Below, piece by piece: positions 27,810-45,895 of a DNA stretch of 64,000 nt. The stretch is from the NCBI RefSeq assembly GCF_009914755.1, contig NC_060935.1; one strand, 5' to 3'. The notes below the pieces were generated by a model. That model was not told where the DNA came from and did no database searches. It was given only the letters and a program-made list of their open reading frames with translations. How positions within the stretch are numbered: position 1 is the first letter of the stretch; each line of letters starts with the position of its first letter. Source of the stretch: the human T2T-CHM13v2.0 reference genome, Homo sapiens. Both the position numbers and the translations under genes were made by a program.

Positions 27810-27960
27810 AAGGTAGGAACTATTATTATCCCCAGTTTATAGATGAAGAAATTGGACTTTAAGGAGGTTAAATAATTCACCCAAGATCACTATATAGCAG
27901 AACTCAAGGTAGATATCAAATACAGATATGACTGACTCCAGAACTGTGCTCGTTCTTATT
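27810..27960 (-). mobile_element. MIR SINE
   Basis: tattattatccccagtttatagatgaagaaa...ggttaaataattcacccaagatcac. Confidence 0.7.
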
Positions 27961-28525
27961 ACACAATCCTGGCTTCTTTTAAAAATTATTCTGGAGACTT
28001 TTCCCAAATGCAATATCTGGAGGAAGGTACATCGCAGGTGGGGACTGGGTTCTTGAGGCAATGTTTGGTAGCAGCTTGGGATGGTAGAGAATTATAGTCA
28101 AATGCCAACTCTGCCCAAGATGTGAAATGGGAAATGGGAAATGACCAGAAGGGGTCAAAAAAACAGTCAGGAAAAAAACAAAACAAAACAAAAAAAAAAA
28201 ACAGAAGCATGAACGTCCCAGCAAAAAAGCCAGGACTATCTCAGGAGGGAAATTTCACAGTGAATGTGAGGGAATAGATGAGAAGATTCAGCAAATATTC
28301 CCTGTGAGCACATGGAACACCCCTTTACGGAAGCACTTTAAAAAGTCAAATAGTCCTGATGCCCACTGTGAAAGAATATTATAACTGTCCCAGGAATCAC
28401 ATTCAATTCCACACATAATAATTACTGTGCACCTACGTTATTTCTGTCTTCGAGGAGCTCATAGTCCGGTGTACTGGGAGTAGGGGTGGGAGGGAAGAGA
28501 GGCAGACACACACACTGAACAACTA

Positions 28526-28852
<327 letters not shown>

Positions 28853-30077
28853 CACACACACAATGTTACTGAGCATCAAGTTGGTTTTTTTTAAAAAAAA
28901 AAAAAAAACAAAACCTAAGCTGCCACATAAGGCATGGTTAATTCTGCTCAGGAAGACCCTAGAAGGCTTTACAGGGGAGGCAACATTTGAACAGGACCTT
29001 GAAAGATAACAAACCTCTATGCAGTCAAGGGGAATTTTAAAAGACTAGACTATTTTCTAAGAGGAAGAAAGAACACATGCTATTGTTTGCTTTTCTCCAG
29101 AGTGTAGGGAGTACTCCATAAGGAACAATCACTTTATTGTCTTATAATAAATCGTGGACACTTGGTATTTGCCATATTTCAACAACTGGGGGTAAATCCT
29201 CTAAGGAGAATCACTCTAAATCCAAGCACTTCACCCTCTGAAAGGCTTGTCATGGGGCAAAAGAAATGGTCCTTTGAATTCACATGTCATACAATCCCCG
29301 CCAGAAAAACATGTGTATGGGGAAGGCAGCCTGTGTTCGGTGGAGTTACATGTAAGAAACAGATGTTTTGCTGTATTCTGAGAGACTGTTGGTCATTCCT
29401 GAGAAATTGTTGAGAGATTGCATGATCATTTCTGAGCCATGTCTCCTAAGACTTAAAGGAGAGCCCCATCTGTAAATCCTAGTAGCAGGCATTTGTGTCT
29501 AAACCACAGGAATTCTATCTTCAGGTTCCAACACTGGGGTGTTTGAAACTGAGAAGGTAACTTCATGCTGATAGCACAGTTACCAACCAGATGCTTCAAA
29601 GCTGGAGGATCCAACTGAATTGCTTCAAAAGTTTTCTGGTTCCTAGCGCTGCCTAGCAGATGGCAAGTTTGCCCCTGGGAACTTGCTGCCGGGGTGAAGT
29701 AATGTCTTTTTGCAGTTACTGTCTCATTGTTTTTAATGAGTGTTGATGTGATGCACAAATGCACCTTATAGAGCCCTGATCACTCATGGTGGGGATGTGC
29801 CTGTTCCTAATCCTTGGGAGGGGCAGTTTTAGGAAATGACAAGGAAGTGAAAATGATTCTTTCTGCCCATCTCTGCTAACAACTAGCAGTGGTTAAGCAG
29901 CCTTTGATGAGTCCTTTGGTTACTCAAACAAACCTGGTATGTAGAGCAGGCACTGCCAGAGCCTCATGGCCTTTTTGTACGGGAGTGGTGTACAGTTCAG
30001 CAGATAGGCACAGCAAACTCCTCTTCTGCCATTCAGATCAGGGACCTCTGAAATCCACAGATGGGGCAATTTGGGCC

Positions 30078-30477
30078 CTGTCTTAGTCTGTTCCTATGGC
30101 AGTAACAAAATACCTGAGACTGGGTCATTTATAAAGAACAGAAATATATTTCTTATAGTTCTGGAGGCTGGAAGTCCAAAATCAAGGCATTAGCAGGTTT
30201 GGTGTCTTGCAAGAATGTGGTCTCTGCATCCAAAATGGTGCTGTGTTGCTGCATCTTCCAGAGGGCATGCTGTATTCCCACAAGGTGGAAGGAATGGAAG
30301 GAGCAAAAAAGGGACTGAATGCACTCCATCAAGTCCTTTTATAAGGGTGATCCCATCCATGAGGCAGAGCCTTCGTGGCCTAATCAGCTCCTAAAGGCCA
30401 CACCTCTTGATACTGTTGCATTGTGGATTATGGTTCAACATGAATTCTGGAGGGACATAAACATTCAAACCATCACA
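30078..30477 (-). mobile_element. MaLR solo LTR (MSTC/D-like)
   Basis: tgtcttagtctgttcc...aacaaaatacctgagactggg...acattcaaaccatcaca. Confidence 0.85.
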
Positions 30478-30619
30478 GATCCCTTGTGCCTAGAACTCTG
30501 GGGGAAGAGGCTGAACACTCAGCTTCACCTGTCACTCCGAGACTTATCCATCAGAAATGTCAAATCCTGAATATGACCATTCAGTAACAGAAATCTCCCT
30601 TCCCTTCTTTCTCTGATGT

Positions 30620-31109
<490 letters not shown>

Positions 31110-31225
31110 TCATACCTCAGCATAAAGCATAGAATTTCTAGCCATCTTTATGCCAGATCAAAAGTTTACATCAGCTGTTGATAACACCAGTGAAAAAATA
31201 TGATTAATAATAATTGCTTAAATTG

Positions 31226-31721
31226 TATCCATGTAGGGTAAATGCACCTGATAGCAATAACTTAAGCATACCCTTAGACTGACCCTGTATGGCAGACACA
31301 TCTGAATGTGTGTTCCAAACTAGGGAATTCGGGAGTGGCCAACCCAGAAATTATTCCTTGTTTATGAAGAACATCTGAGCCCCTGGCCTGAACCATGGAA
31401 GTGAAACACGGGCTGTACACGGGATTGAGGCCCTAAGTTTTAGGTTAAATGAAGGTTGCCAGGTGGAGGTCATTAGGGGAAGGTGTTAAGTGAAAATGCT
31501 ATATAAACTGCATGCTGTTTGCAAGTGGTTGCAGTTTCCTGCTTAGCCCAATGCCACTGGGCCATGTGGTTATGTTGTCCAGCCCACCACCACTGGACTT
31601 TCTCTTCTGTGTGTAAGCCCTTAATAAAACCCCTTATCTTCTTTGCTGACTCTTGGTCTCTTCTTCAGCCTCTTGAACCTGGTGCTCTCCCTATTAAGGT
31701 TAATCAGGGTTCAGAACAACA
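31226..31721 (+). mobile_element. ERVL solo LTR (LTR32/LTR47-like)
   Basis: tgtagggtaaatgcacctgatagcaataacttaagcatacc...tatataaactgcatg...aataaaacccc...aacaaca. Confidence 0.75.
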
Positions 31722-32427
31722 ACCAGTTAGTAATTTATAGTTTGCCATCTTCAAAATGCCTTTTGGTTCGGTGAGATAAAGTGGCTAACCAGGAGTAAGC
31801 AGGTGGTATGTGCCAGGGCTTGGTCTAAAACACCTAATTATTTGAGCTCAACTCCTTCCACTGTTCCACCCCCAGCTCCTCAATTGCCAAGCCTGTTTTC
31901 TGTAATCAGACTGAGCCTGTGAGACATTTACAGCCGGCTCTCCACCACTGGACTGAAGCAGAACAGCGAGGTAATTATCTGAATAATTCAGGTAATGGCA
32001 GTTTATTTTCCCTAAATTACCTGGATAATTACCTCAAGCCTAATAAGATGGAGAGAAGCCAGAGCCACATTCTGATGGTTTTATTGCCCCCTCAGTAATG
32101 CTTTCTTGTTTAAAGGTCCTGACTTAAAGAAATCATTTGTTGGAGCTTGTGTCTTCCTTATTTGCCACAGGGTATTCCATAAATCATCTGGGAAAGGTAC
32201 CAGTGTGTAATTATCCAACTCCTGTGCCTGTTGAAAGCTCCTCCAGGCTGAGGAGCACAGCTATCCTGGATTCCTGATGTGTTCTCTGAGTTTTGGGGAG
32301 TCATTAGCTCAGGTAATGAGGTGACAAAGAGGAAATCTTTTGGGTGTTAGATTTTTGTTTCTCCTTTTCTTTTTGTGTTCTTTCCCACATTTCTTAAACT
32401 AAATAACCAAACATTTCGCACTACGTC

Positions 32428-32798
32428 TGCTATGGTTTTCCTGTGTCCCCATCCAAAATCTCATCTTGAATTGTAATCCCCATAATCCCCACGTTACAAG
32501 GGCCCAGGTGGAGGTAATTGAATCATGGGGGCAGTTTCCCCCATGCTGTTCTTGTGCTAGTGAGTGAGTTCTCACGAGATCTGATGGTTTTCTAAGTGTT
32601 TGGTAGTTCCTCCTGCGTTCATTCTCCTTCCTGCTGCCTTGTGAATAAGGTGCGCTTCCCCTTCACCTTCCACCATGACTGGAAGTTTCCTGAGGCCTCC
32701 CCAGCCATGCCAAACTGTGAGTTAATTAAACCTTTTTCCTTTATAAATGACCTAGTCTCAAGCAGTTCTTTATAGCAGTGTGAAAACAGACTGATACA
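32428..32798 (+). mobile_element. THE1 (C/D-like) solo LTR
   Basis: TG...CA termini, THE1 body, TSD ACGTC/ACATC. Confidence 0.9.
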
Positions 32799-33584
32799 AC
32801 ATCCTATTTTCCTGTGCTGAACTTGATCTGTAAAATAGAGCACCTTGTCCAAGAGACAAGACCCGGGCTTTCACATCAAGCCTCATAGCCAGAAACTGGG
32901 GAACCCAAAGCCAACTAATGGGACAGGAGCTTCCTTGTTCTGCTGCTATCACTATTTGCCTTGTTAAAATGACCAAATGTCTCACAGGAAGAGGTGTCTA
33001 TCTCTTTCCGAAAGAGAATTCCTCCTCTGGGACACTTGGTCATCTCTCTGTAGCCTTACTTCATTGTCACTCCCTCTCTTTTCTCTCTCTGCCATCTTTG
33101 CTGTGCACTGGCTCCTTCCAGATAGGATTAAGTCTTCTCCATCCCTGTAAGTAGAAAGTGAAGAATTGAATGAGATTGGGCGGGAGCTGGCCATGGCTGA
33201 GAGTTGATGGAATGACAATATTAGGAGATGGAAAGAAGAAAATAGAGGCCAGAAAATGCAGCCAAGTCAGATACACCAGATCAATGCAGCGATATGGAAG
33301 CAAAGGGAGATGAAGTTCCAAATACACATGATATGATGGAAAACCATGTGTTTGGAATTGAATACTGGCTGCTCAGCTCTCTAGCTGTGTGATAATCTTT
33401 AAAACTGACATATTATTAAAACCCACCTCCTAAGGCTTTATAAGATTGAATTATTTGTTGCATGTAAAATTACTTGAATAAATTTTATACTTATTAATTA
33501 TTAATATTATTGCCAAAAAGGGAAATGTAGCCAGCTTTGTTAAATGCTTCCTGGAATCAGAGTGAAAAAGGTACTAGGGGTCTT

Positions 33585-34255
33585 CTAGTCCTATGTTTGA
33601 AAGTTTTGAGACCTCTTCTCATAATAAGAAAAACAATTCACACCGTGATCAAGAATTTACATATATATATGTAGTGGGTTGAATATTGTCCCCCAAAATT
33701 TATGTCTACACTGACCCTTGGAATATGGCCTTATCTGGAAATAGGGTCTTTGCAGATATAATTTAGGTAAAGATCAAGATAAGATCACAATGGGTTAGAG
33801 TGGGGCCTAAATCCAATGGCTGTGTCCTTAGACAGAAAAGGGCACAGAGAGAAGATGCTGTGAAGATGAAAACAGAGATTGCAGTTATGCTAACACCAGC
33901 CAGGGAATGCCAGGCTAATTCACTAATTCACTAGAAGTTAGAAGAGTCTAGAAAGCATTCTCCCCTAGAGCTTTCAAAGAGAGCTTAGTCCTGCCACACC
34001 TTGATTTCAGACTTCTGGCCTCCAGAAGTATGAGAGAATAAACTTCTAATGTTCTAAGCCACCCAGTTTGTGGTAATGTGTTATGGCAGCCCTAGTAAAC
34101 TAATACATATAAGTATCTGAATCCAAAGCTTCGCAAATTATACTTACTGTGTGTTATGCACTATGATAAATCCTATTAATGCTGGCTGTAAACCACTAAA
34201 TTGATTTCCGACCCACTTATTTGTTGTGACTCATGATTGGGAGAAACATTGTTCT
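33585..34255. mobile_element. hAT-Charlie fragment (Charlie4z-like), interrupted by MLT1
   Basis: ccactaaattgatttccgacccactt...gagaaacattg terminus. Confidence 0.5.
33670..34107 (+). mobile_element. MaLR solo LTR (MLT1B/C-like)
   Basis: tgtagtgggttgaatattgtccccc...ggaaatagggtctttgcagat...gcagccctagtaaactaataca. Confidence 0.88.
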
Positions 34256-34539
34256 GCTATGTCTCTCATTAAGGATGAATGATGACTGAGAAAAAAATCT
34301 TTGGATTTGGTTTAAGAGTCAACGCTGGTCCTCATGGAAATAATTAAGGTAGGATGGCAGGAGCTATCTACTTAGCACAGAGATGTGATCATTATAGATA
34401 GGTAGATAGAAATAGATGGATAGATATAGATATATACATGCATTGTATATTTTGTGCCCAAAATAGCAGTGGCTTAAATAAAAGTATATTCTTCTTGTTA
34501 AAAATTTTTTTTAAATAAAGGTAAATTATTTACTCTCAT

Positions 34540-35190
<651 letters not shown>

Positions 35191-35954
35191 GGGTAAGCTA
35201 CTCAGGGCACCCAAGAATCTTTTTGTTGCCCATTTCAAGACCCTTTGCAATTTTTCCTGGCACTCTCTTATATAATCACATGAGAGTAAGTATTCTAGAA
35301 CTCCCATGGCAGCTCCCAGTGTCAAGGGACCAGTGCCTTCCATCTTATTGCTTCTCCATTTCTAGGGTGACACCTTCATGTCTGGCAATGTAGGGAAGGA
35401 GAGGTAGTAGGAACAGGAAGGGAAAATCAAGCTGAAGAAAGGACTAACCTTTACCGGTCGTTGTCTTTATCTTCAAAGCTCACAGTGCAGATGCCATCCC
35501 CTCTATGCAGCCTTGCCTAATCACCATAGCTAAAATCTCTTTCTCCCCTAAACTCTCATGTCCCTTGATGTATGCCCTTCTTCCTTATCACTATTTGTGT
35601 ATATGTCTTATCTCTTCTGTAGGCTCTAAGGTATCTCATTTATGTTTTTAATGCTCATAGCTTCTAGTACACTGCCCTGCCCAAAGGTGACATTTTATTC
35701 AGTTATTACCTTCCTCTCTATTGAGCTGTCTTCAGGACAAAGCCAAAGAAAGGATCTAGTATTTTTCCTCCCCTTTCAATAACACAGAGAGTTACCAGTA
35801 CTCTTTCTTTGATGACATTACAGTGAGACTTCAGATCATGAGTTTGAGAATTCTGGCTTTTAAGTCCTATTCCATTTTGATATACAGTAACATATAAAGA
35901 TTTAATCAAATATAAGGATTTAATCAAATAATTAAACATCTATTCTACCCAGGA

Positions 35955-36190
35955 CAGTATGGCATATTAGAAAGTGAGACAAATTTTGAATACCACAGAC
36001 CAAGGTACAGATCCTGGTCCTGCTACTCACTGACATATGTGAACTTCTGTGAGTCACTTAACTTCTCTGGGCTTCTGCTTTCACCTTCACTAAATGAGGA
36101 TAATAAATCCAGCTTGCAAGGTTATGATGACATATGAGCCTATTGTATACACAATGTCTATCATAAATTCAGTGGCATTCATTAATATTA
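35955..36190 (+). mobile_element. MIR SINE
   Basis: gagtcacttaacttctctgggcttctgctttc...aaatgaggataataa. Confidence 0.65.
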
Positions 36191-36246
36191 GAATACTAAA
36201 CTGAGAATATCTGGATTTTTTACTGTATTTATCCTTTATTTTATCC

Positions 36247-36551
36247 TTTTTTTTTTTTTTTTTTTTTTTTTGAGATAGGGTCTCACTCTTGCCCAGGCTG
36301 GAGTACAGTGATGTGATCTTGGCTCACTGCAGCCTTGACCTCTTGGGCTCAAGTGATCCTCCCACCTCAGCCTCCTAAGTAGCTGGGACCACAAGCACAT
36401 ACTACCATGCCCAGCTAATTTTTATATTTTCTATAGAGATGGGGTTTCACCATGTTGCCCAGGCTGCTCTCGAACTCCTGGGCTCAAGTGATCGGCCCAC
36501 TTTGGCTGCCCAAAGTGCCGGGACTACAGGTGTGAACCACCGTGCCTGGCC
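36247..36551 (-). mobile_element. AluJ
   Basis: Long poly(T); cactgcagccttgacctcttgggctcaag. Confidence 0.93.
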
Positions 36552-38034
36552 TGTATTCACCTTTTTTAACCAGGTGTTTTGCACTATTGTGTAGCCACAG
36601 CTATAATTAGCAGAAGGTAAGTCAAATTCATGTCAATTATGGCCAGATATGAAGATGAATTAACAAATGCATCTGATCAGTCCATCCAAAATTTCAGTCA
36701 AATTATCAGGAAGTATATAATTTGTATAACACAACTAACTGTTCATCTTTCTGTGAAGTGTACTCACTTCACAGTGGGGACAGGCTTATGGCAGTAGCTG
36801 TACAACTTTGAAAATCTGCCTTTGTCTCTTATTTATTTTGAAATGGGGGTCTTTTTAAACTCCTTAAAACTTGAAGTAAGTCTCAGAGACCCCAACTAAA
36901 ACTACCAATTAAGTTTGCACAGGAAATTTTATTTTCCAAATGTAATTACAGGGCAGATATTTCAGGATGTATATATGTGATAGTATTTTAATAATTTGTT
37001 GAGCCTTAAGGTACAGTATCAAATACTGCTCATTCCTACCAGTTTGGAGGGGAGGGGTGGAAAAGATAGGGAAGCAGAATGGAATGACTTATTCAACTTT
37101 CCAATTCTTTAATATAGCATTGACCTTTGTAAAAAAAAAAAACACACATATACACATGCACATAAACAAGGACTCCCATTTACCTTATTTTCCATTTTAA
37201 ATTATAGTACCCAGTCATTCGTCTTTGTCACGATCCACCAAATAGTTTTGTAAGAACGTGTTTCATACAAGCTCTCTTTCAGCATCAGCCAGGAAGGTTA
37301 AGGTTTAGATCCTGCATGATAGAAACCCTTTTTGTAATTCTCCCCCAAACATCTGTTCAGTCACTCATCATTAACATCTGTCACCCATTTCTGGGCTCAA
37401 CCCAGACAAAGCTATGTTTTTCTGTTTATCTAACGAACTCCATTTCAAATTGTTACCAAGTGATTCCTACTCAGACTAATCTTACACAAGGATTGAGAAG
37501 ATGTCTTCTTGGATCAAATTCATCTTCCACTAATGCAGCGTCTACCCTGAAGCCTTGGCAAAAGCCCAATGGCTCAGAGGAAGGGAAATTCTTCATAACA
37601 TGCTAACACTTTCCTGCCTGGAAATGTTACATTGAAAACTTCTAATTCTCTTTAACTTTCCAGGGTTAACAAAACGCCATCCTATACATCTTATACATAT
37701 GTATATCTTTAACTTCAGCCCATCATTTACCCTATACAAGCCCCAGCAGGGCCGCTTTGCAAACCAGCTGAAATAAGAACATAAGAAATGATTTTTTAAA
37801 TACATGGCCCAATTATTTGCATAAAATGGCTAATAAATATTGGTTCATTTGGAAAGGCAATGCAATGTTTAAAAATATGTAGAGAGACCTGAATTGAGAT
37901 CTTGGAAAATCACCTCTAAGTCAGGTAACCTTGGATACTTTAGTTAATGGCCCTGGGCCCTCATCTACTTAAAGGAAAAATGGATTCCTTATAGAATTAA
38001 AGAGTTAAAAGAACTGTTGCACATAAAGTGCTTT

Positions 38035-38180
<146 letters not shown>

Positions 38181-38239
38181 TAAAGTACTTGACACAGTGC
38201 CTGGCACATAGTAAACAACTCAGTTTATAGTAACTCTTT

Positions 38240-38540
38240 ATTTATTTACTTATTTAATTGAGATACAAAGTCTTGCTCTGTCACTCAGGTTGGAGTGCAG
38301 TGGCATAATCATATCTCACTGCAGCCTCAAACTACTGGGCTCAAGTAATCCTCCTGCCTCAGCCTCCTGAGTGGCTAGAATTATAAGCATGCACCCCTGG
38401 CTAGTTTTTTTTTGTTTGTTTGTTATAAATACTGGGTCTTGCTGTTGCCCAGGCTAGTTTCAAACTCCTGGCCTCAAGTGATCCTCCTGCCCTGGGCTTT
38501 GGTTGCTGGGATTATGGTGTGAGCCACCACACCTGACCAG
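38240..38540 (-). mobile_element. AluJ
   Basis: Diverged dimeric Alu with (TTTA)n tail. Confidence 0.9.
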
Positions 38541-40007
38541 TTTATGGTAACTCTTGCCATCATCATCTTCAAAGAAGAAAAAGAGCAGAATGGTTTTACC
38601 TTGCTCTTTGCGCTCAGCATCTCCTTTTTCTTATTTCTGTTTAACCAGTATTTATTGAGAGCCTCTTATGGGCTAAAAACTGTGCCAAATAACATGAAAG
38701 AGGCAAATTCCTTGTCCTCAAGGAGCTCTCCCTGGAGAAGATAGATAGATCTAGACTCTACTTCGAATCAGATGCTAGTAAGTGCTCTCATTTTAAAAGT
38801 AACATTCCCCACAGATTACTTGAGGATGTTTTAACACCAAATCTCTGATTTTCTTATTAGAAATCTTTAATTGGAGGCTCATCTTACACAGTAAGTTTAG
38901 GAATTTAAACCCCAGGGCAGATATTTCATTTCGATGAGAACCTAATGGTTATAATCTAGGTCAGTGTTTATAATGTCAATAGTGCAGTGAGGAGGAGAAG
39001 GGTTTTCACCTCTATTTCCATGGATTTTAGAAACAATCATAGTGAAGAAGGCCCCTAAAACTGAACCAGATGGGACAAGTGAATTATTATAACTTATTTA
39101 TTTCCTTCAAGAAATATAGTATAAAAAGTATTTCAGAAAGCTCCCATAACCCATTAGAGTCTATTTGATATATAAGGATGCTAAATATTAATGTTGATAT
39201 TTTTTGTTGAGGATCAGAATGCCAAGGACTCATTTTCTGTTGAATGTAGTCAATAAGGAAGGAGTCTCTTTGAGAATTCCATTATGACCATAGCTATTTG
39301 TCACTTTCCTCATTGTCTGGGGAAAGGACAAATGAAGCGGAGCACCTTTCAGAGCTACAGTTCTCTGCTGTTGTTCCTTCATGGGTCCCTGTCCTTGGGA
39401 CATATGTCTTGTGAATAAAATATGTGTCACACTGAAGATGTGATAAGTGTGCTGAGACCACACAAAGAAACTGACTCCATCAGCAGAGGGTGATGGGGTG
39501 AGCAGAGGCTTTCCAGGCAGAGGGAATTGCATGCGGTGTGCATATCTCTTCTCTGAACCTTCATTTCCTGGCCTCTACATGGAGAAAACAAGGCACACCT
39601 CTCTGGGTGCCCAGAAGCACTTACATATATTGTCTGGTAGTCATGGGCACTCATCTATGTTAATTTGTTTGTGGCACAGAGTTACTGGACTAGGTAGTGA
39701 TCAGAAACCAAGCCCAGGTATTCTGAGCACTAGGTCATGCAGGTTCCAGGGCATCACTCTACTTCCAGGCACACCCAGAAGACAAAGTGTATGTGCAAGT
39801 CTCAGCTGACCTGCCACCATGTTCATAGGGTAAAGTTGGGAAGTATTTGTCCCACAACCTTCAAACCCCACCTGCTTCAACAAACCCTGGCCTGGCCAGC
39901 ATGCATTCCTGTGCTGATCCCTTCCCCAACCCCACACCCCACTCATGGTGCGCTGCTAGGGGAGAATCAAGCTAACTCTTCACAAGTCAAGAAAAAAATA
40001 CTACCCT

Positions 40008-40642
<635 letters not shown>

Positions 40643-41219
40643 TGAAGTAAATTGGGAAGAGAAACACATAAGTGACAAGTGACACTGAAAAGGCTAGATT
40701 TTTAAAAGATGTTTTTAGTTGTCTTTAAAAAAAAAAATCCAAAGGCAAATCTGATAACCAAAGAACGCATGGTCTATGATGGAGGGAAGTAGGAAATTGA
40801 GTTAGATGAGGGAAGGAGCTGACTAAATGCCTCTTTGAAAATAGAGATGTTTCTGAGTCAATGGACCTGAAGGACATGTTTCCTGAGATACTTAATGCCA
40901 AATGTGTTCTTTTCACTTAAGACTGGTATCTTGTTCTCTAAGTTGTTGAGATCTTCAATACTTGATTTATTATTTCCTCCTCAATGCTTTCCTCTCCTCT
41001 AATTGTAGACACTTTGCACTTGGTTTCAAGGTCTGTAAACTGCATTCTGCCTCCCAGGCGGGACATTTGGTACAGGGAGGCAGGAGGAGGAAGCGGCTTG
41101 CATGTGCCCGTATGCTCAGGCTCTGTGCCCACCTTGCAATATGCATTTGATGACTCAGGCTGTGTACTGCTTTTCTTAAATGCATATCTGATCCATTCTG
41201 CACACAGAATTCAGAGATA

Positions 41220-42130
<911 letters not shown>

Positions 42131-44236
42131 GCTGGCTTGAACAAAACTACCATCTTTTCTATTCCTGCTGTCGGAACTGAAAGAGTAGAGGTGGCCTGTA
42201 TACCTCATCTCATAACAGAATACCAAATTATTAAAAGTGCCTGAAACCAAATTGAATTACAGTCAAAATGGTAGGTTGACTGTCTTCTGCTTCTAGCCAA
42301 GGAGATGCTAAGAAGGGAGGTCACTGGTCTAAAAAGTTATAAAGGACTTTGAGGAAAAGAAGGTGCATTTATCAAAACCAGAAAGCCTCTAATTCAAAGT
42401 CTCTTGAGAGGGCCGATCACCTACATATATAGTCATACAGTCATTCACATAAATGCCAAAATGTCAGAATTTAAAGCTGGCATTTGGAAGGGAATTAGCT
42501 GTACCTCCAGAGAAACCCGGACCCTACAGACCTTGCTCACATAGTATAGTATTTTCCAGCGTTATCCTGAGAAGCCCAGCTGTTCCCATAACTAAAGGCA
42601 ATTTCCAGTCATTCCTTTGGTTTTCCACTAATTATACATTATTATCATAATGGCATGTCAAGCCATGGTCATTTATGAAAACCAGGGTACTTCTGGGGGA
42701 AAATAGATAAAAAGGAAACTCATGTCTCTGTCTCTACTGAACCAGGCATGGGTGATCCTTCAAGGTAGAAACTGGGTGTTGCTCATCTTTGCTTACCTGG
42801 AGCCTAGAATGGTGCTGAGCACAGAGTAGATTGTCAATTCATGTCTACTGAATGTCTACATAGATGATGGATAGATGGGAGTGTGTCTAAGCAATTTGTG
42901 GAGTTTTCTTTCACTGAAATAAAGTTGACCCTTAGAATATTCATTTAGGAAGATTATGTACTTATAAACTGAGCCACCTGTGCTCAGAAACTATAGGGAC
43001 ATTCTCTACAACCCCTCCCCTAAAACCTTATCTATTTGCTCCCAATTTCTACTGCTCTATTTAGACTCAGCATGTCTTCTGACCTTTGGCAATATCTCCC
43101 AGCTGGAGTCTTCTCTATCCTTGGACTAGGCATTGGTACTTAATTTTTTTCTTTCTTAAGACCTGTTATTCAGCTTATCTCATTCTTATCTTTGGATGAC
43201 CTAGATAAGGGTCCTCACCCAAGCTTCGGCCACTTCAGGTGTACCTGGCTTTCTGTCAGACCAAGACTTCTGAAACAGATTTTAAAGAGAGATGCCCTAG
43301 AAATTGGATAATTGGTGAGCTGCCACCAGATAACAGCTAACAGGCATGATATCATACATCTAGCTATCAAACTACTTCCAGATGTGGATAACTGAGGAGA
43401 AAAGATTAGTGTACATGATGCTACTACCTATGTTTTTTCTAGAAAGACAGTTTAAAAAAATCCAAAGCAAGATGTAAACAACATGATATCAAGACACAGA
43501 CTGGTGCTTACTTTTTCTGCTCTCTGCTAATTCCACACTGCTTCATTCAGCTACTTTATGTTTTCAAGCCTGAATTGAAAATGTCTTCCCTTCTTCCCAA
43601 GGATCAAAGATGAATATAATCGTAGTTAAGATCTTGGATTGTGGACTCTGGAAGGCCAGTGTGGAAATTCTGAGTCTACCACTAAGTAGCATGGGCAAGC
43701 TATCTAACCTCTTCAGGCCTTAGTGTTCTCTCCAAAATATGAAAAATAACAGCACAGAGGGAAATTGCTCACTGGAATGTCCAGGACCTTACCTGTCCTG
43801 GATGAATGATATTTCCAACACTTAGATATCTTCAAAAGAACTTTTCCTGCTACCATTTGATCCAGGTCTTGCATCTTCTGGATATATTTCTTCCTTCTTT
43901 CCTTCCTACCTTTCTTTTTTCTTTCCCCTCCCCACTGCCCTGTGTTTATCTGTATGTTCTTACCTACTACATGGATTAAGGGATGGATGTCTAGTGTCAA
44001 TTTCCACAATCACAGTTAAAAGGTATAAAAAATATGATATCCAGCAAAATATAAACAAACAATAATCATCCCAGCTTCTGTTTTACAAGCTACAGGTCAC
44101 AAGGTCACTGCAATCATGCATAATGGTTCATACCCCACTAGCGATGTATGGGCTGAGCCTCTGGCATGCCCACTGGTCATTTACAACCCAGCCCTATACA
44201 GTACCACAACACCAAGTTGTTCCTTAAGTATTGTAA

Positions 44237-44555
<319 letters not shown>

Positions 44556-45364
44556 ACATATAATCTTTTAAAATCTTTTTGAACAATTAAAATGCTTACT
44601 TCCAGACCCCTGGGTAAGTGACTTATTTATTCTACCTCCCTCATGATCTTGAAGTGAGGATTAAGATAGATAAAGTGTGTAAACCACCTGGTGTATGACC
44701 TGGCATAGGCAGGGTAAGCAATAATTTAGAATGTGCTGAAATAGGCTGCTTGAATTGGTAGCTTTTGCTTCTGAAGGCTTTTTCTAATAGCTTCAGAGAA
44801 AAATAAATCTAAAACCTTCTCACTATGGCTGGAATGAGGTAAATCAGGGATAGCATATAGGTCTGAACATGCACACTCACTCTACAAACAGTCACCTGGA
44901 GTACAAATAAAGCTGCAGAAAAGACTTCTGTGCTCACTTAGCACTGGCCACTGTGGACCCAGGTTGAAGGAATGACAACATGGGTGCTGTGTATTTGCTG
45001 TCCTTGCTGTTGTGATAAGCACATAGGGCTGCCAGTTAGAAAACCTGGATTTTAGTCCTGCCCCACCTAGACACATCACCTCCAGCAAATCACCCAAGTC
45101 GAGACTGATTTCCTCATCTGCTTCCGTCCCCATCTTGCATGTTGTATCCTAGTAATCATGAACTGCTTGTGGTTCTAGCAGTTTAGTCCCTTGGCTTTCC
45201 TTTGCCTGGAGTACCCATCTTATCCTTCTAACTCCCACAAGTCTTACCCTTCAGCTTCTAGCTCAAGCAGTGCCTTTCCCAGGAAGCCTTTCTCAACTCC
45301 CAGGTGGTGCTATGTACCCCAACTCTAAATACCCGCCCACCTGAGCATTATTCCTCTATTCTAT

Positions 45365-45895
<531 letters not shown>

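Noticed and set aside
35893-35929. 18-bp tandem duplication TATAA(A/G)GATTTAATCAAA
   Set aside because: Ordinary slippage duplication with no further structure.
41148-41158. AP-1 site TGACTCA and similar isolated TF motifs
   Set aside because: Single 7-mers are expected by chance in 64 kb.
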